Origin: Steroidobacteraceae bacterium | GTDB taxonomy: Bacteria; Pseudomonadota; Gammaproteobacteria; Steroidobacterales; Steroidobacteraceae | Assembly (NCBI GenBank): GCA_035524075.1 | Contig: DATKPP010000069.1 | Location: 3,414 to 67,413 of the forward strand | Direction: 5' to 3' | Length of the DNA: 64,000 bases | Shown: in pieces, positions 17,331 to 25,221 of the stretch | Layout: each line of letters starts with the position of its first letter | Position numbering within the stretch: the stretch's first letter is position 1 | Notes under the pieces: generated by a model | Databases searched by the model: none | What the model saw: the letters and a program-made list of their open reading frames with translations, nothing else | Told to the model about the DNA's origin: nothing | Made by a program: the position numbers and the translations under genes

Positions 17331-19232
17331 ATGAACGTCAAGTGGACTCATCGAATGGCGTGCGCGCTTGCGCTCGCGACTCTGGCGGCCTGCGGCGGCG
17401 GTAGCTCGCCCGTGGGCCAGAATTCAACCGTCAACGACAACCCCGGTCCTCAAACCAGCGACATGGCGATGATGATCAGCGATGCGCCATCGGATGACTG
17501 GTCGCTGGTCGCCGTGCGGATCGAGAGCATCGCGCTCGTGCCGCAGGGCGGCGGAGCAAACGTCACCGTCTACTCGGTCGATGCCGCATCCGCACCCTAT
17601 GTCAACCTGGTCCAGCTCGATCAGTTGAGCGAGATCCTGGGGAACGTACAGGTCCCGCTCGGCACGTACACGGGCGCGGTCGTCACGTTGGGCGGCAATC
17701 CCGGCGATGTGCTTCTGACCACCTCCTCCGATCCCGAGACGGGTTTTGCTGCGGCCCCGAGCACGCCGATTTCCCCCTCTGACATTCAAATTCAGCACAC
17801 GCAGGGCGCGAGCGGCAGTCTGACGGTCCCGATCAGCGTGACGTTCGACTCCCCGCTCCAGGTCACTGCGACTTCGAGCAATGCGCTCGATCTGGAATTC
17901 GATCTTGCGCATCCCGCGTTCATCATCGCACACCAGCCCCCGGGCTCGGGGACGCTGCTCTGGGCGGTGAACTTCACCGGCCCGGTGCATCACCATCCGA
18001 TCGCCGACCTCACGAGGCTCGTGCTGCGTCAGCACTACGGCACGGTGACCGCAGTTGCGAGCGGGTCGATCACGATCAACAAGGACTATCCGACCTATCC
18101 GATCGTCAACCCGGAGACCGCGGTGGAGACCTCGCAGTCATTGACGGTCAACGTCGATTCCAACAACGGTACGCTCTACTATGACGTGGACACACAGAGC
18201 GGCCCGACCAAGGTCACGAGCTTCGCGGATCTTGCCGGACTCACCTCCGGTGCATACGTTCGCATTCAGGCACGTTACCAGCAAGACGGCACACTCACTG
18301 CAACCCGGGTGTGGGCCAGCAGCAGCTTCAACAATGTCTGGGTGAGCCCGGAAGGTCACGTGCTCGATGTCGGCACGAGCAGCATCACCGTGACCAACGA
18401 GTCCGGCGTGCCCGTGACGGTCGACATCGGCAGCGGCACCAACTTCTACTTCCACGGCGGCACCACGGCGATCGGCACGGGCTCATCGTTCCTGTCGAGC
18501 CTCGTCCGTGGATTCAAAGTCCATGTGTATGCAGATCCGCTGCAGACGCCGCTCACCGCAGCGGAGGTGGACATCGAGAGCGCGGAGTTCTCCGGAAAGA
18601 TCACGGGAGCCACTGCCGCGGATTTCAGCTATACGCACGACTTCGCGCGCATCCAGGACGACTACACGGAGCAGCTGCCGTATATCTCCTCAAACACCTC
18701 CAACATCACCGATGGCACCGGCAGCCCCATCATGGGCTTCCTCTACTGGCCATTCGCGTATCCCACGCTGATCACCGATGGCAGCAGCGCGATCGGTGAC
18801 TTCGTCAGCTCAGCGAGCGAGACTCAGCCGGCGTACGGATTCACCGGTGCGATGTGGGGTGATGCGAACGCCTCCAGCGGGTGGTATGCCCCGTGGGTCG
18901 GACTGTTGCCCACGCCCGTCCCGCTCGCGACTGTCGCAACCGGCCTCACAATGAGCAACACGTTCACGCTCACGACGGTGCTCTCGAATCAGACGTACAC
19001 CGCCGACCTGAGCGTGACCCAAGGCCAGGCGACGCTCGTCTATCAGGTCGATCGCTCGAACGGCATCGTGACGGTGAGCCCCGTGGACATCACCACCTCG
19101 AGCGGCCTTGCCACGCTCACCCAGGCACTCACTGCCGGGGTTCCGGTCAAGGTGTACGGGGTGCCCACAGGCGGGAGCGCGTTGATGACCTACGTGCTCT
19201 TCTACTACGCGGGAGACATGCCGGCCAACTAG
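17331..19232 (+). CDS. Large lipoprotein of unknown function (DUF4382-like N-terminal domain)
   Basis: GGAGG RBS and ATG at 17331. Lipobox LATLAAC. MMISDAPSDDWSLVAVRIESIALVP resembles DUF4382. The remaining ~500 aa are Thr/Ser/Gly-rich and beta-strand-like. The upstream 16755..17330 part of the track ORF is antisense to cofE. Confidence 0.6.
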   Translation: MNVKWTHRMACALALATLAACGGGSSPVGQNSTVNDNPGPQTSDMAMMISDAPSDDWSLVAVRIESIALVPQGGGANVTVYSVDAASAPYVNLVQLDQLSEILGNVQVPLGTYTGAVVTLGGNPGDVLLTTSSDPETGFAAAPSTPISPSDIQIQHTQGASGSLTVPISVTFDSPLQVTATSSNALDLEFDLAHPAFIIAHQPPGSGTLLWAVNFTGPVHHHPIADLTRLVLRQHYGTVTAVASGSITINKDYPTYPIVNPETAVETSQSLTVNVDSNNGTLYYDVDTQSGPTKVTSFADLAGLTSGAYVRIQARYQQDGTLTATRVWASSSFNNVWVSPEGHVLDVGTSSITVTNESGVPVTVDIGSGTNFYFHGGTTAIGTGSSFLSSLVRGFKVHVYADPLQTPLTAAEVDIESAEFSGKITGATAADFSYTHDFARIQDDYTEQLPYISSNTSNITDGTGSPIMGFLYWPFAYPTLITDGSSAIGDFVSSASETQPAYGFTGAMWGDANASSGWYAPWVGLLPTPVPLATVATGLTMSNTFTLTTVLSNQTYTADLSVTQGQATLVYQVDRSNGIVTVSPVDITTSSGLATLTQALTAGVPVKVYGVPTGGSALMTYVLFYYAGDMPAN

Positions 19233-19267
19233 CCCGCGAGCGGCTCGGAGCCGCCTTCCAGGCAGGC

Positions 19268-19300
19268 ACATGGGGCCCCTCTTCGGGCCCCATGTTTTTT
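19268..19300 (+). terminator. Rho-independent terminator after the 633-aa lipoprotein gene
   Basis: acatggggccc-ctcttc-gggccccatgt: 11-bp perfect stem followed by tttttt. Confidence 0.85.
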
Positions 19301-19372
19301 CCGGGGACTGATTCGCTGCCAACCCCGCGCTGCGTTACCATCGGATCACCCGGGCAGTCAGGAGTTGCGGAG

Positions 19373-19771
19373 ATGGCGGCGACGCTCGATCAATACCGAG
19401 ACCTGCTCACTGAGAAGAAGCCGGTCGCAGCCCTTGCGACGGTCATGCCGGATGGGTCACCGCAAGTCACGCCCGTTTGGTTCGATTTCGACGGCAAGCG
19501 CCTGCGCGTGAACACGGCGAAGGGTCGCGTCAAGGCGCGCAACATGCAGGAAGGCTCGCCGGTCGCCCTGATGATCGTCGATCCCGAGAACCCCTATCGC
19601 TATGTCCAGGTGCGCGGTCGGGTGGCGATCGCAACCGAGCACGGCGCGGACGAGCACATCAACTCGCTCGCCAAGAAGTATCTCGGTCAGGACAAGTATC
19701 CGTACCGCCAGCCCGGTGAGGTCCGCGTGCGCTACGAGATCGAGCCGCTCTCGGTGCAAGGCATGAGCTGA
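19373..19771 (+). CDS. Pyridoxamine 5'-phosphate oxidase-family split beta-barrel protein (probable F420- or FMN-dependent)
   Basis: AGGAG RBS. LATVMPDGSPQVTPVWFDFDGKRLRVNTAKGRVKARNMQEGSPVALMIVDPENPYRYVQVRGRV fits the PPOX-class fold. Located 21 nt upstream of fgd. Confidence 0.7.
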   Translation: MAATLDQYRDLLTEKKPVAALATVMPDGSPQVTPVWFDFDGKRLRVNTAKGRVKARNMQEGSPVALMIVDPENPYRYVQVRGRVAIATEHGADEHINSLAKKYLGQDKYPYRQPGEVRVRYEIEPLSVQGMS

Positions 19772-19792
19772 GAGGCTCGCGCGGCGCATCGC

Positions 19793-20797
19793 GTGCTGAA
19801 GATCGGCTACAAGGCCTCGGCCGAGCAGTTCGGTCCTGGCCAGCTCCTCGAATTCGGGTGCCTGGCCGAGCAGCTCGGCTACGACTCGGTCTTCGTCAGC
19901 GATCACTTCCAGCCGTGGCGCCACCACGGAGGCCACGCGCCCTTCTCGCTCGCGTGGATCGCCGCTCTTGCGGAGCGAACCTCACGAATCGTCATCGGTA
20001 CGAGCGTCCTGACGCCCACTTTTCGGTACCATCCGGCGATCATCGCCCAGGCCTTCGGGACGCTCGGTAGCCTGTATCCCGGTCGAATCGTGCTCGGCAT
20101 CGGAACCGGGGAGTCGATGAACGAGATTCCTGCGACCGGGCTCGCCTGGCCCGAGCCTGCGGAGCGCACCCGCAGGTTCCGCGAGGCCCTGCAGATTCTG
20201 GAGCGCCTGGCGCGTGAGGATCGCGTCAGCTTCCAGGGCGAGTACTACCGTACCGACCGAGCGACGATCTATGACCGGCCGCAGCAACCGGTGCCCATCT
20301 ACATTGCAGCCGCAGGCCCGGTGGTCGCCAAGCTCGCGGGCGAGCGGGCCGCAGGCTTCATCTGCACGAGCGGCAAGGCACCCGAGCTGTATCGCGACAC
20401 CCTGCTCCCAGCGGTACAGGCAGGTCTCGCGCAAGCACGACGCGCCCCGCATTCGCTCGAGCGGATGATCGAGATGAAAGTGTCCTTCGACACGGACCGG
20501 CAGCGCGCTCTCGAGGACACACGCTGCTGGAGCGCGCTCGCTCTCTCGGCGCAGGAAAAGATGAACGTGGACGACCCCCTCGAGATGGAGCGGCTGGCCG
20601 ACGCGCTGCCGATCGAGAAGGTTGCGGCTCGCTGGATCGTCTCGAGTACGCCGCAGGAGCAGATCGAGGGCATCGCACCGTACGTCGAGATGGGATTCAA
20701 TCATCTGGTCCTTCATGCCCCGGGGCCTGATCAGGCGCGGTTCTTGAGCCTCTATGCGCAGCAGGTCGTTCCACTGTTGCGCAAGCGCTGGCCCTAG
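19793..20797 (+). CDS. fgd: F420-dependent glucose-6-phosphate dehydrogenase-like LLM-family oxidoreductase
   Basis: LKIGYKASAEQFGP...SDHFQPWRHHGGHAPFSLAWI...GTSVLTPTFRYHPAIIAQAF...GIGTGESMNEI...PIYIAAAGPVVAKLAG...GFICTSGK...MIEMKVSFD...RWIVSSTPQE...NHLVLHAPGPDQ is collinear with mycobacterial Fgd1 as I recall it. GTG start. Confidence 0.8.
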   Translation: MLKIGYKASAEQFGPGQLLEFGCLAEQLGYDSVFVSDHFQPWRHHGGHAPFSLAWIAALAERTSRIVIGTSVLTPTFRYHPAIIAQAFGTLGSLYPGRIVLGIGTGESMNEIPATGLAWPEPAERTRRFREALQILERLAREDRVSFQGEYYRTDRATIYDRPQQPVPIYIAAAGPVVAKLAGERAAGFICTSGKAPELYRDTLLPAVQAGLAQARRAPHSLERMIEMKVSFDTDRQRALEDTRCWSALALSAQEKMNVDDPLEMERLADALPIEKVAARWIVSSTPQEQIEGIAPYVEMGFNHLVLHAPGPDQARFLSLYAQQVVPLLRKRWP

Positions 20798-20890
20798 TGG
20801 ATTCACTTGGTGTTGCTGTTACGCATACGGTGAAGGTTGTAGCGGATTAGATACCTCAGAAAAAACTTGGAATCGACCGTTACCTATTGT

Positions 20891-20905
20891 ATTTAAAGTT
20901 TAAAT
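20891..20905. promoter_or_regulatory. 15-bp AT-only palindrome in an AT-rich island upstream of the TonB-dependent receptor
   Basis: atttaaa-g-tttaaat has perfect 7-nt arms, about 170 nt upstream of ATG 21075, inside a low-GC stretch (about 20860-20930). Confidence 0.3.
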
Positions 20906-21074
20906 GTCCGATACGCGGTTAATGACCAAAGGATGGTTGCTCAAAAACATCTGTTGCTGAAAAGCACATGACTTCTCTAGACTCCGCAGCGTGACGCTTT
21001 CGCGACGCTTGCTCATCGGGATCAAAGGACGAGCAAGGCATCTCGCGTAACTCAACGGGACGAGGGGAGAATTC

Positions 21075-24000
21075 ATGACCACCGCGCTCAATTCGGCCGT
21101 CCTGGCCGCAGTTCGATCTTGCCTGTCCAGCTCAGCGTTACCTCGAAGGAAGATTGGCCGCGCGGCCTGCGCGGTAGCCCTCTTGAGCACGGGACTCGCC
21201 GGGCCGGCCTTCGCGCAACAAGCGCCACAGAATGCACCCGCTCTGCTTGCCCAGCAGACTGCCCCGCAGAGCTCGGCAGCGGCCCCGGCCAGCGCGCCTG
21301 CGCCGGTGGAGGAAGTGACGGTCACAGGCTCGCGCATCAAGCGCACCACCGATTTCAACACGCCGACGCCGACGACGGTCATCGACACGGCGACGATCCA
21401 GAGCATGGGCATCGTCAATGTCGGCGAGGCCGCACTGGTCGCCCCGGCGAATGTTGCGACCTTCACGCCGGCCAATACCGGCAATGCGAACTTTTTCACC
21501 GGCGAGTACATCGCCGACTTGCGCGGCCTGAACCCCTACTTCGGCAGCCGCACGCTGTTGCTGGTCGATGGTCAGCGCATCGTGAACAGCGATCAGGGCG
21601 ACAGCTTCGACATGAACCTGCTGCCGCAGATTCTCGTCACGCGTATCGACACCGTGACCGGTGGTGCTTCGGCGGCATACGGCTCTGGAGCGATCGCCGG
21701 CGTCGAGAACGTGATTCTCGATGACAAGCTCGAAGGCGGAAAGATCGACGGGGATTTCTATCAGACGAGCCACAGCGACGGGCGCGACCGGCACTTCGGC
21801 GCGGCATACGGTCATGGGTTATTCGATGACAAATGGCATTTCGTGATCGGCGGTGAGTACGAGAACTCCGATGCGGTCGGGTGCGAGACCGCTCGCAGCT
21901 GGTGTGCGCAGAACCAGGGTGAATACGAGGAAAGCGACCCCTATACACCCACGGGCGCCGAGCCCTACGGGGCCGACATCCTGGGCTACGGCTCGAACGT
22001 CCGCAGCAACTTCAACGGCACGAGCGGGGTTCTGTTTCCCTTCAGCGCCTTTGGCGGCTATCACGGCGGTGTGCTGCCCGTGGGCCTCAATCCGCTGGGC
22101 ACGGGCACCATCCCGTACAACCTCGGCTCACCGCAGGTCTCGTTTGCAGATGACGTGCAAGGGGGCGACGGCGTACCGATCTATCAGTACTCGAGCCTGC
22201 AGGCGCCCGTCAACCGAGGCGTCGGCATGGCCATGCTCAATGGCGCAATCACCGATTACATCAATTTCAAGGCAAGCTTGCTGCTGGCCCGCGAGGTCAC
22301 CACGGACTATGACGGCGCGGTCGGAACGCTCGCCGCTGGCATCACCCCGCAGAACGCCTTCGCATGTCCCGGAACCGCAAGCGGAGGAGTTACTTGCGTC
22401 AACGCGAGCAGCCCCGGACTTGCGGATGCGATCAACGCCGGCGACACGGAGTTGAACAAGGACTGGACTGACCAGATTCCGGCACTGACCCGCTTTACCA
22501 CGAACGTTACGCGCGCCACGTTTGGATTCGACGGCAAGCTCGGCGATTCCTCCTGGACCTGGGATGCGAACTACGAGTATGGCCTCACCCAGCATGATCA
22601 GCTGGTGCAGGACAACTACAGTCTGTACCGCATTCTGATGGCACTCGACTCGGTGACCGGCCCCAACGGGCAGCCGGAATGCCGCGTGACCGCAGATGGC
22701 TTCGCGGGGGCGGTCGCTGCAAATCCGTTCGGCGGCTACGCGAACGCCAACCCTCTCCTGGCAGTAGGGTGCGTGCCGGTCAATCCCTTCGGTAACCAGC
22801 CCCTGAGTCCCGCGGCGATCTCCTACGCCTGGGGCAATCTGCTCGAGCAGCTGCGCTATGAGCAGACCGACGCCAACCTCAACTTCTCCGGGAACTACTT
22901 CAGCGGTGTCGGTGCCGGCGCCTTCGCGGCGGCGGTGGGCTTCGAGTGGCGACAGGAGCGGGGCGACAACATCGATCAGCCCGGGCAGCCTGCATATCTT
23001 GCCGACGACTACGAGACCCAGTACGGCTCCTCGTTCGGTGGCCTGATGACGGTGAACGAGGAGTACCTGGAGACGAACCTTCCGCTCTTGAAGGACAAGG
23101 TCGGCGCCCACTTGCTCGAGTTCGATCTGGCGGCCCGCGAGTCGCAGTACGCGAACAACGCTCTCTATGGCGTGGACGTCTGCGACCCGAGTGCAGCGGG
23201 ATGCCCTGCCGACGCCGCAGCCCCCGGCGAGTCCTTCAACCACAACTTCCTCACGTGGAAGGCCTCCGGGATCTACGAGCCGGTCGATTGGCTGCGCTTT
23301 CGCGGTAGCCAGTCCCGCGACGAGCGCGCGCCCAATTTCCGTGAGCTGTATTACAACCAGGTCATCGGCGCGGGCGGCCTGTTCGGCCAGTGTGGGCCCT
23401 TCGGCACCACAGTCGATCCCTGCACCTGGAACCTGCTCGGCAATCCCGACCTGAAGCCCGAAAGCGCCGATACGACCACGGTCGGAATCGTGCTCACGCC
23501 CAGGGAGGTGCTGGCGGGCTTCGAGTTCTCGGCAGACTGGTTCCACATCAGGATCAACAACGCCATCGAGCAGGCAAACCCGACTCTGATCGAGACGAAC
23601 TGCAAGCTGTACGACCAGTGCCAGGGCGTCACCTTCAACGACACTCCGGTGACCGCGATGGGTGCGCCGTGCGGTGGGGGACTCGAGGGCCAGCCCGCCT
23701 ACGCCGCGGGTTGCTACAACCTCGCGGAGATCGCGCCGACCTCGTACAACGGCGCCTTCTATCAGGTGAGGGGCGTTGACTTCTCGCTCAACTATCTGGT
23801 GGATCTCGGCCGATTCGGCACCCTCAACACGCGCGCCCTCACGACCTGGATGGGCCAGCAGCAGTTTCAATCCTACCCGGGCGGTCCCGTCTATAACATT
23901 CTCGGCCAGACCGGCACCGGCAACGGCTTCCTGAACGATTACACGCCCGATGCCCGCTGGCGCGGCAGCCTCATGGTCACGTGGTCGCAGGGGCCCATCA

Positions 24001-24383
24001 GCATCACACCGAACATGACGTTCGTCAGTCACGGGGTCATGGATTATCTCGGCGTCACGCCGGCACAGGGTGCGCTCTACACGGAGACTCTCAAGGGCAC
24101 GCTGCCGCCGGCGCTTGCGGCGTACGGCTTCCACCCGATGCCCTACAACTACGTTCCCAGCTACTTCCTCTTCGGGATGAACGGCACGTATTCGTTCGAC
24201 GAGGTTGGAGCTCTCAAGGGCCTGCAGCTCTTCGTGCAAGTCAACAATCTGTTCAACAAGACCCCGCCCTTCACCGGCGGCGAAAGCGAGTTCGGCCCAG
24301 CGAACACGTACGGCGGCACGAACCCCATCTTCTTCGACACCATGGGGCTTGCCTACCGCGTCGGCTTCCGACTGAAGTTCTAA
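21075..24383 (+). CDS. TonB-dependent receptor (very large, 1102 aa)
   Basis: Signal peptide ...GLAGPAFAQQ. Plug start EEVTVTGSRIKRTTDFNTPTPTTVIDTATI. Motif RIDTVTGGASAAYGSGAIAGVENVI. C-terminal beta-barrel terminus YRVGFRLKF. Confidence 0.9.
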   Translation: MTTALNSAVLAAVRSCLSSSALPRRKIGRAACAVALLSTGLAGPAFAQQAPQNAPALLAQQTAPQSSAAAPASAPAPVEEVTVTGSRIKRTTDFNTPTPTTVIDTATIQSMGIVNVGEAALVAPANVATFTPANTGNANFFTGEYIADLRGLNPYFGSRTLLLVDGQRIVNSDQGDSFDMNLLPQILVTRIDTVTGGASAAYGSGAIAGVENVILDDKLEGGKIDGDFYQTSHSDGRDRHFGAAYGHGLFDDKWHFVIGGEYENSDAVGCETARSWCAQNQGEYEESDPYTPTGAEPYGADILGYGSNVRSNFNGTSGVLFPFSAFGGYHGGVLPVGLNPLGTGTIPYNLGSPQVSFADDVQGGDGVPIYQYSSLQAPVNRGVGMAMLNGAITDYINFKASLLLAREVTTDYDGAVGTLAAGITPQNAFACPGTASGGVTCVNASSPGLADAINAGDTELNKDWTDQIPALTRFTTNVTRATFGFDGKLGDSSWTWDANYEYGLTQHDQLVQDNYSLYRILMALDSVTGPNGQPECRVTADGFAGAVAANPFGGYANANPLLAVGCVPVNPFGNQPLSPAAISYAWGNLLEQLRYEQTDANLNFSGNYFSGVGAGAFAAAVGFEWRQERGDNIDQPGQPAYLADDYETQYGSSFGGLMTVNEEYLETNLPLLKDKVGAHLLEFDLAARESQYANNALYGVDVCDPSAAGCPADAAAPGESFNHNFLTWKASGIYEPVDWLRFRGSQSRDERAPNFRELYYNQVIGAGGLFGQCGPFGTTVDPCTWNLLGNPDLKPESADTTTVGIVLTPREVLAGFEFSADWFHIRINNAIEQANPTLIETNCKLYDQCQGVTFNDTPVTAMGAPCGGGLEGQPAYAAGCYNLAEIAPTSYNGAFYQVRGVDFSLNYLVDLGRFGTLNTRALTTWMGQQQFQSYPGGPVYNILGQTGTGNGFLNDYTPDARWRGSLMVTWSQGPISITPNMTFVSHGVMDYLGVTPAQGALYTETLKGTLPPALAAYGFHPMPYNYVPSYFLFGMNGTYSFDEVGALKGLQLFVQVNNLFNKTPPFTGGESEFGPANTYGGTNPIFFDTMGLAYRVGFRLKF

Positions 24384-24386
24384 AGC

Positions 24387-24446
24387 GCCGGGCAAGGAAC
24401 GGCCCGGCAAGCGATGACCTGGGCCGCGTCCTGCAGGGGCGCGGCC
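24387..24446. terminator. Two GC hairpins between convergent genes
   Basis: gccgggc-aaggaacg-gcccggc (24387-24408) and ggccgcgtcc-tgca-ggggcgcggcc (24422-24446). No T-run. Confidence 0.3.
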
Positions 24447-24451
24447 TTCCC

Positions 24452-25108
24452 TTACTGGATGCGAGTGACCTGCACCCAGTTCTTGAGACCGGTTGCGGTG
24501 GTCGCCATCTGGTAGGAGCCGAGCGCGCCCTTCTCGATGCGCGCATCGTAGCCCGCGCGGAAGAACCCGGCGACCTGGGACCTCTGAGCCCCTTCCTGTT
24601 GCCAGATCTGGCCATTCGCGAGCCAGATCACGAACACGTTCGGCCGCACTTCCCGCACCGCCGTGATGCGTGACAGCAGGATCCGCTCGCTCTCGGACTC
24701 CTTCGGTCGCAGCTTCTCGGGCATGGAATCTTTCCCGAACTGCGTCGCGGGAGCCACCGCGGCCGCTCCTGGCTCAGGTGCGGGAGCGATGAGCGGAGCT
24801 CCTCGGGACGCTGGCGAGGCCGGGAGTCCGGAGGGTGAAACCGACGCGGAAGGTTGCGCCGCAGCGGGGGGGCTCTGGGCCGACGCGGAAGGTTGCTCCG
24901 CAGCGGGCGGTCTCTGGGCCGACGCGGAGTTGGCGGCTGCCGCCTTCATTTTCGCGATCTGGCTGTCGTAGCAGCGCACGCGCGCGCCCGGATCCTGCAA
25001 CTGGGTACACGCGAGCAGGCTATCGGGAACCTGAGATGGGCCGTCGGCTGCACAGACGGCGAGCGAGCAGCACGCCAGAGCGATCGCGGACGGCACGTAT
25101 CTGATCAT
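24452..25108 (-). CDS. Exported protein of unknown function with an Ala/Pro/Ser-rich repeat linker
   Basis: ATG 25108. Signal peptide MIRYVPSAIALACCSLAVCA. Motif C..L.D...R.RCYD. Tandem SAQ(R/S)PPAA(E/A)QPSA repeat. Conserved-looking C-terminal domain ILLSRITAVREVRPNVFVIWLANGQIWQQ. Confidence 0.6.
   Translation of the reverse strand: MIRYVPSAIALACCSLAVCAADGPSQVPDSLLACTQLQDPGARVRCYDSQIAKMKAAAANSASAQRPPAAEQPSASAQSPPAAAQPSASVSPSGLPASPASRGAPLIAPAPEPGAAAVAPATQFGKDSMPEKLRPKESESERILLSRITAVREVRPNVFVIWLANGQIWQQEGAQRSQVAGFFRAGYDARIEKGALGSYQMATTATGLKNWVQVTRIQ
24841..24930. repeat. 39-nt tandem repeat, about 2.3 copies, inside CDS 24452..25108
   Basis: ccgacgcggaaggttgcgccgcagcggggggctctggg / ccgacgcggaaggttgctccgcagcgggcggtctctggg / ccgacgcgga... 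The repeat is in frame (13 codons). Confidence 0.85.
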
Positions 25109-25162
25109 CGCAGGATTATAGCGTTCGCCCGCGGCCAGCCCTGATCCCAACGCATCGAGCCC

Positions 25163-25192
25163 GAAAAAAAACGGCGGGCCAAGGGGCCCGCC
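25163..25192 (-). terminator. Rho-independent terminator of the minus-strand TonB-dependent receptor gene
   Basis: On the minus strand: ggcgggcc-cctt-ggcccgcc followed by gtttttttt. Lies 30 nt after the stop at 25222. Confidence 0.8.
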
Positions 25193-25221
25193 GCATCGTG
25201 ATGCGCAACCTTCCTATCCGA

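Noticed and set aside
20922-20960. 12-codon mini-ORF (MTKGWLLKNICC) in the TBDR upstream region
   Set aside because: No RBS, no conservation evidence available, and easily produced by chance in an AT-rich stretch.
22128-24410. 760-aa minus-strand ORF
   Set aside because: Entirely antisense to the TonB-dependent receptor. Its composition (Arg/Gly/Ala/Val-rich, no motifs) is typical of spurious long ORFs in high-GC DNA.
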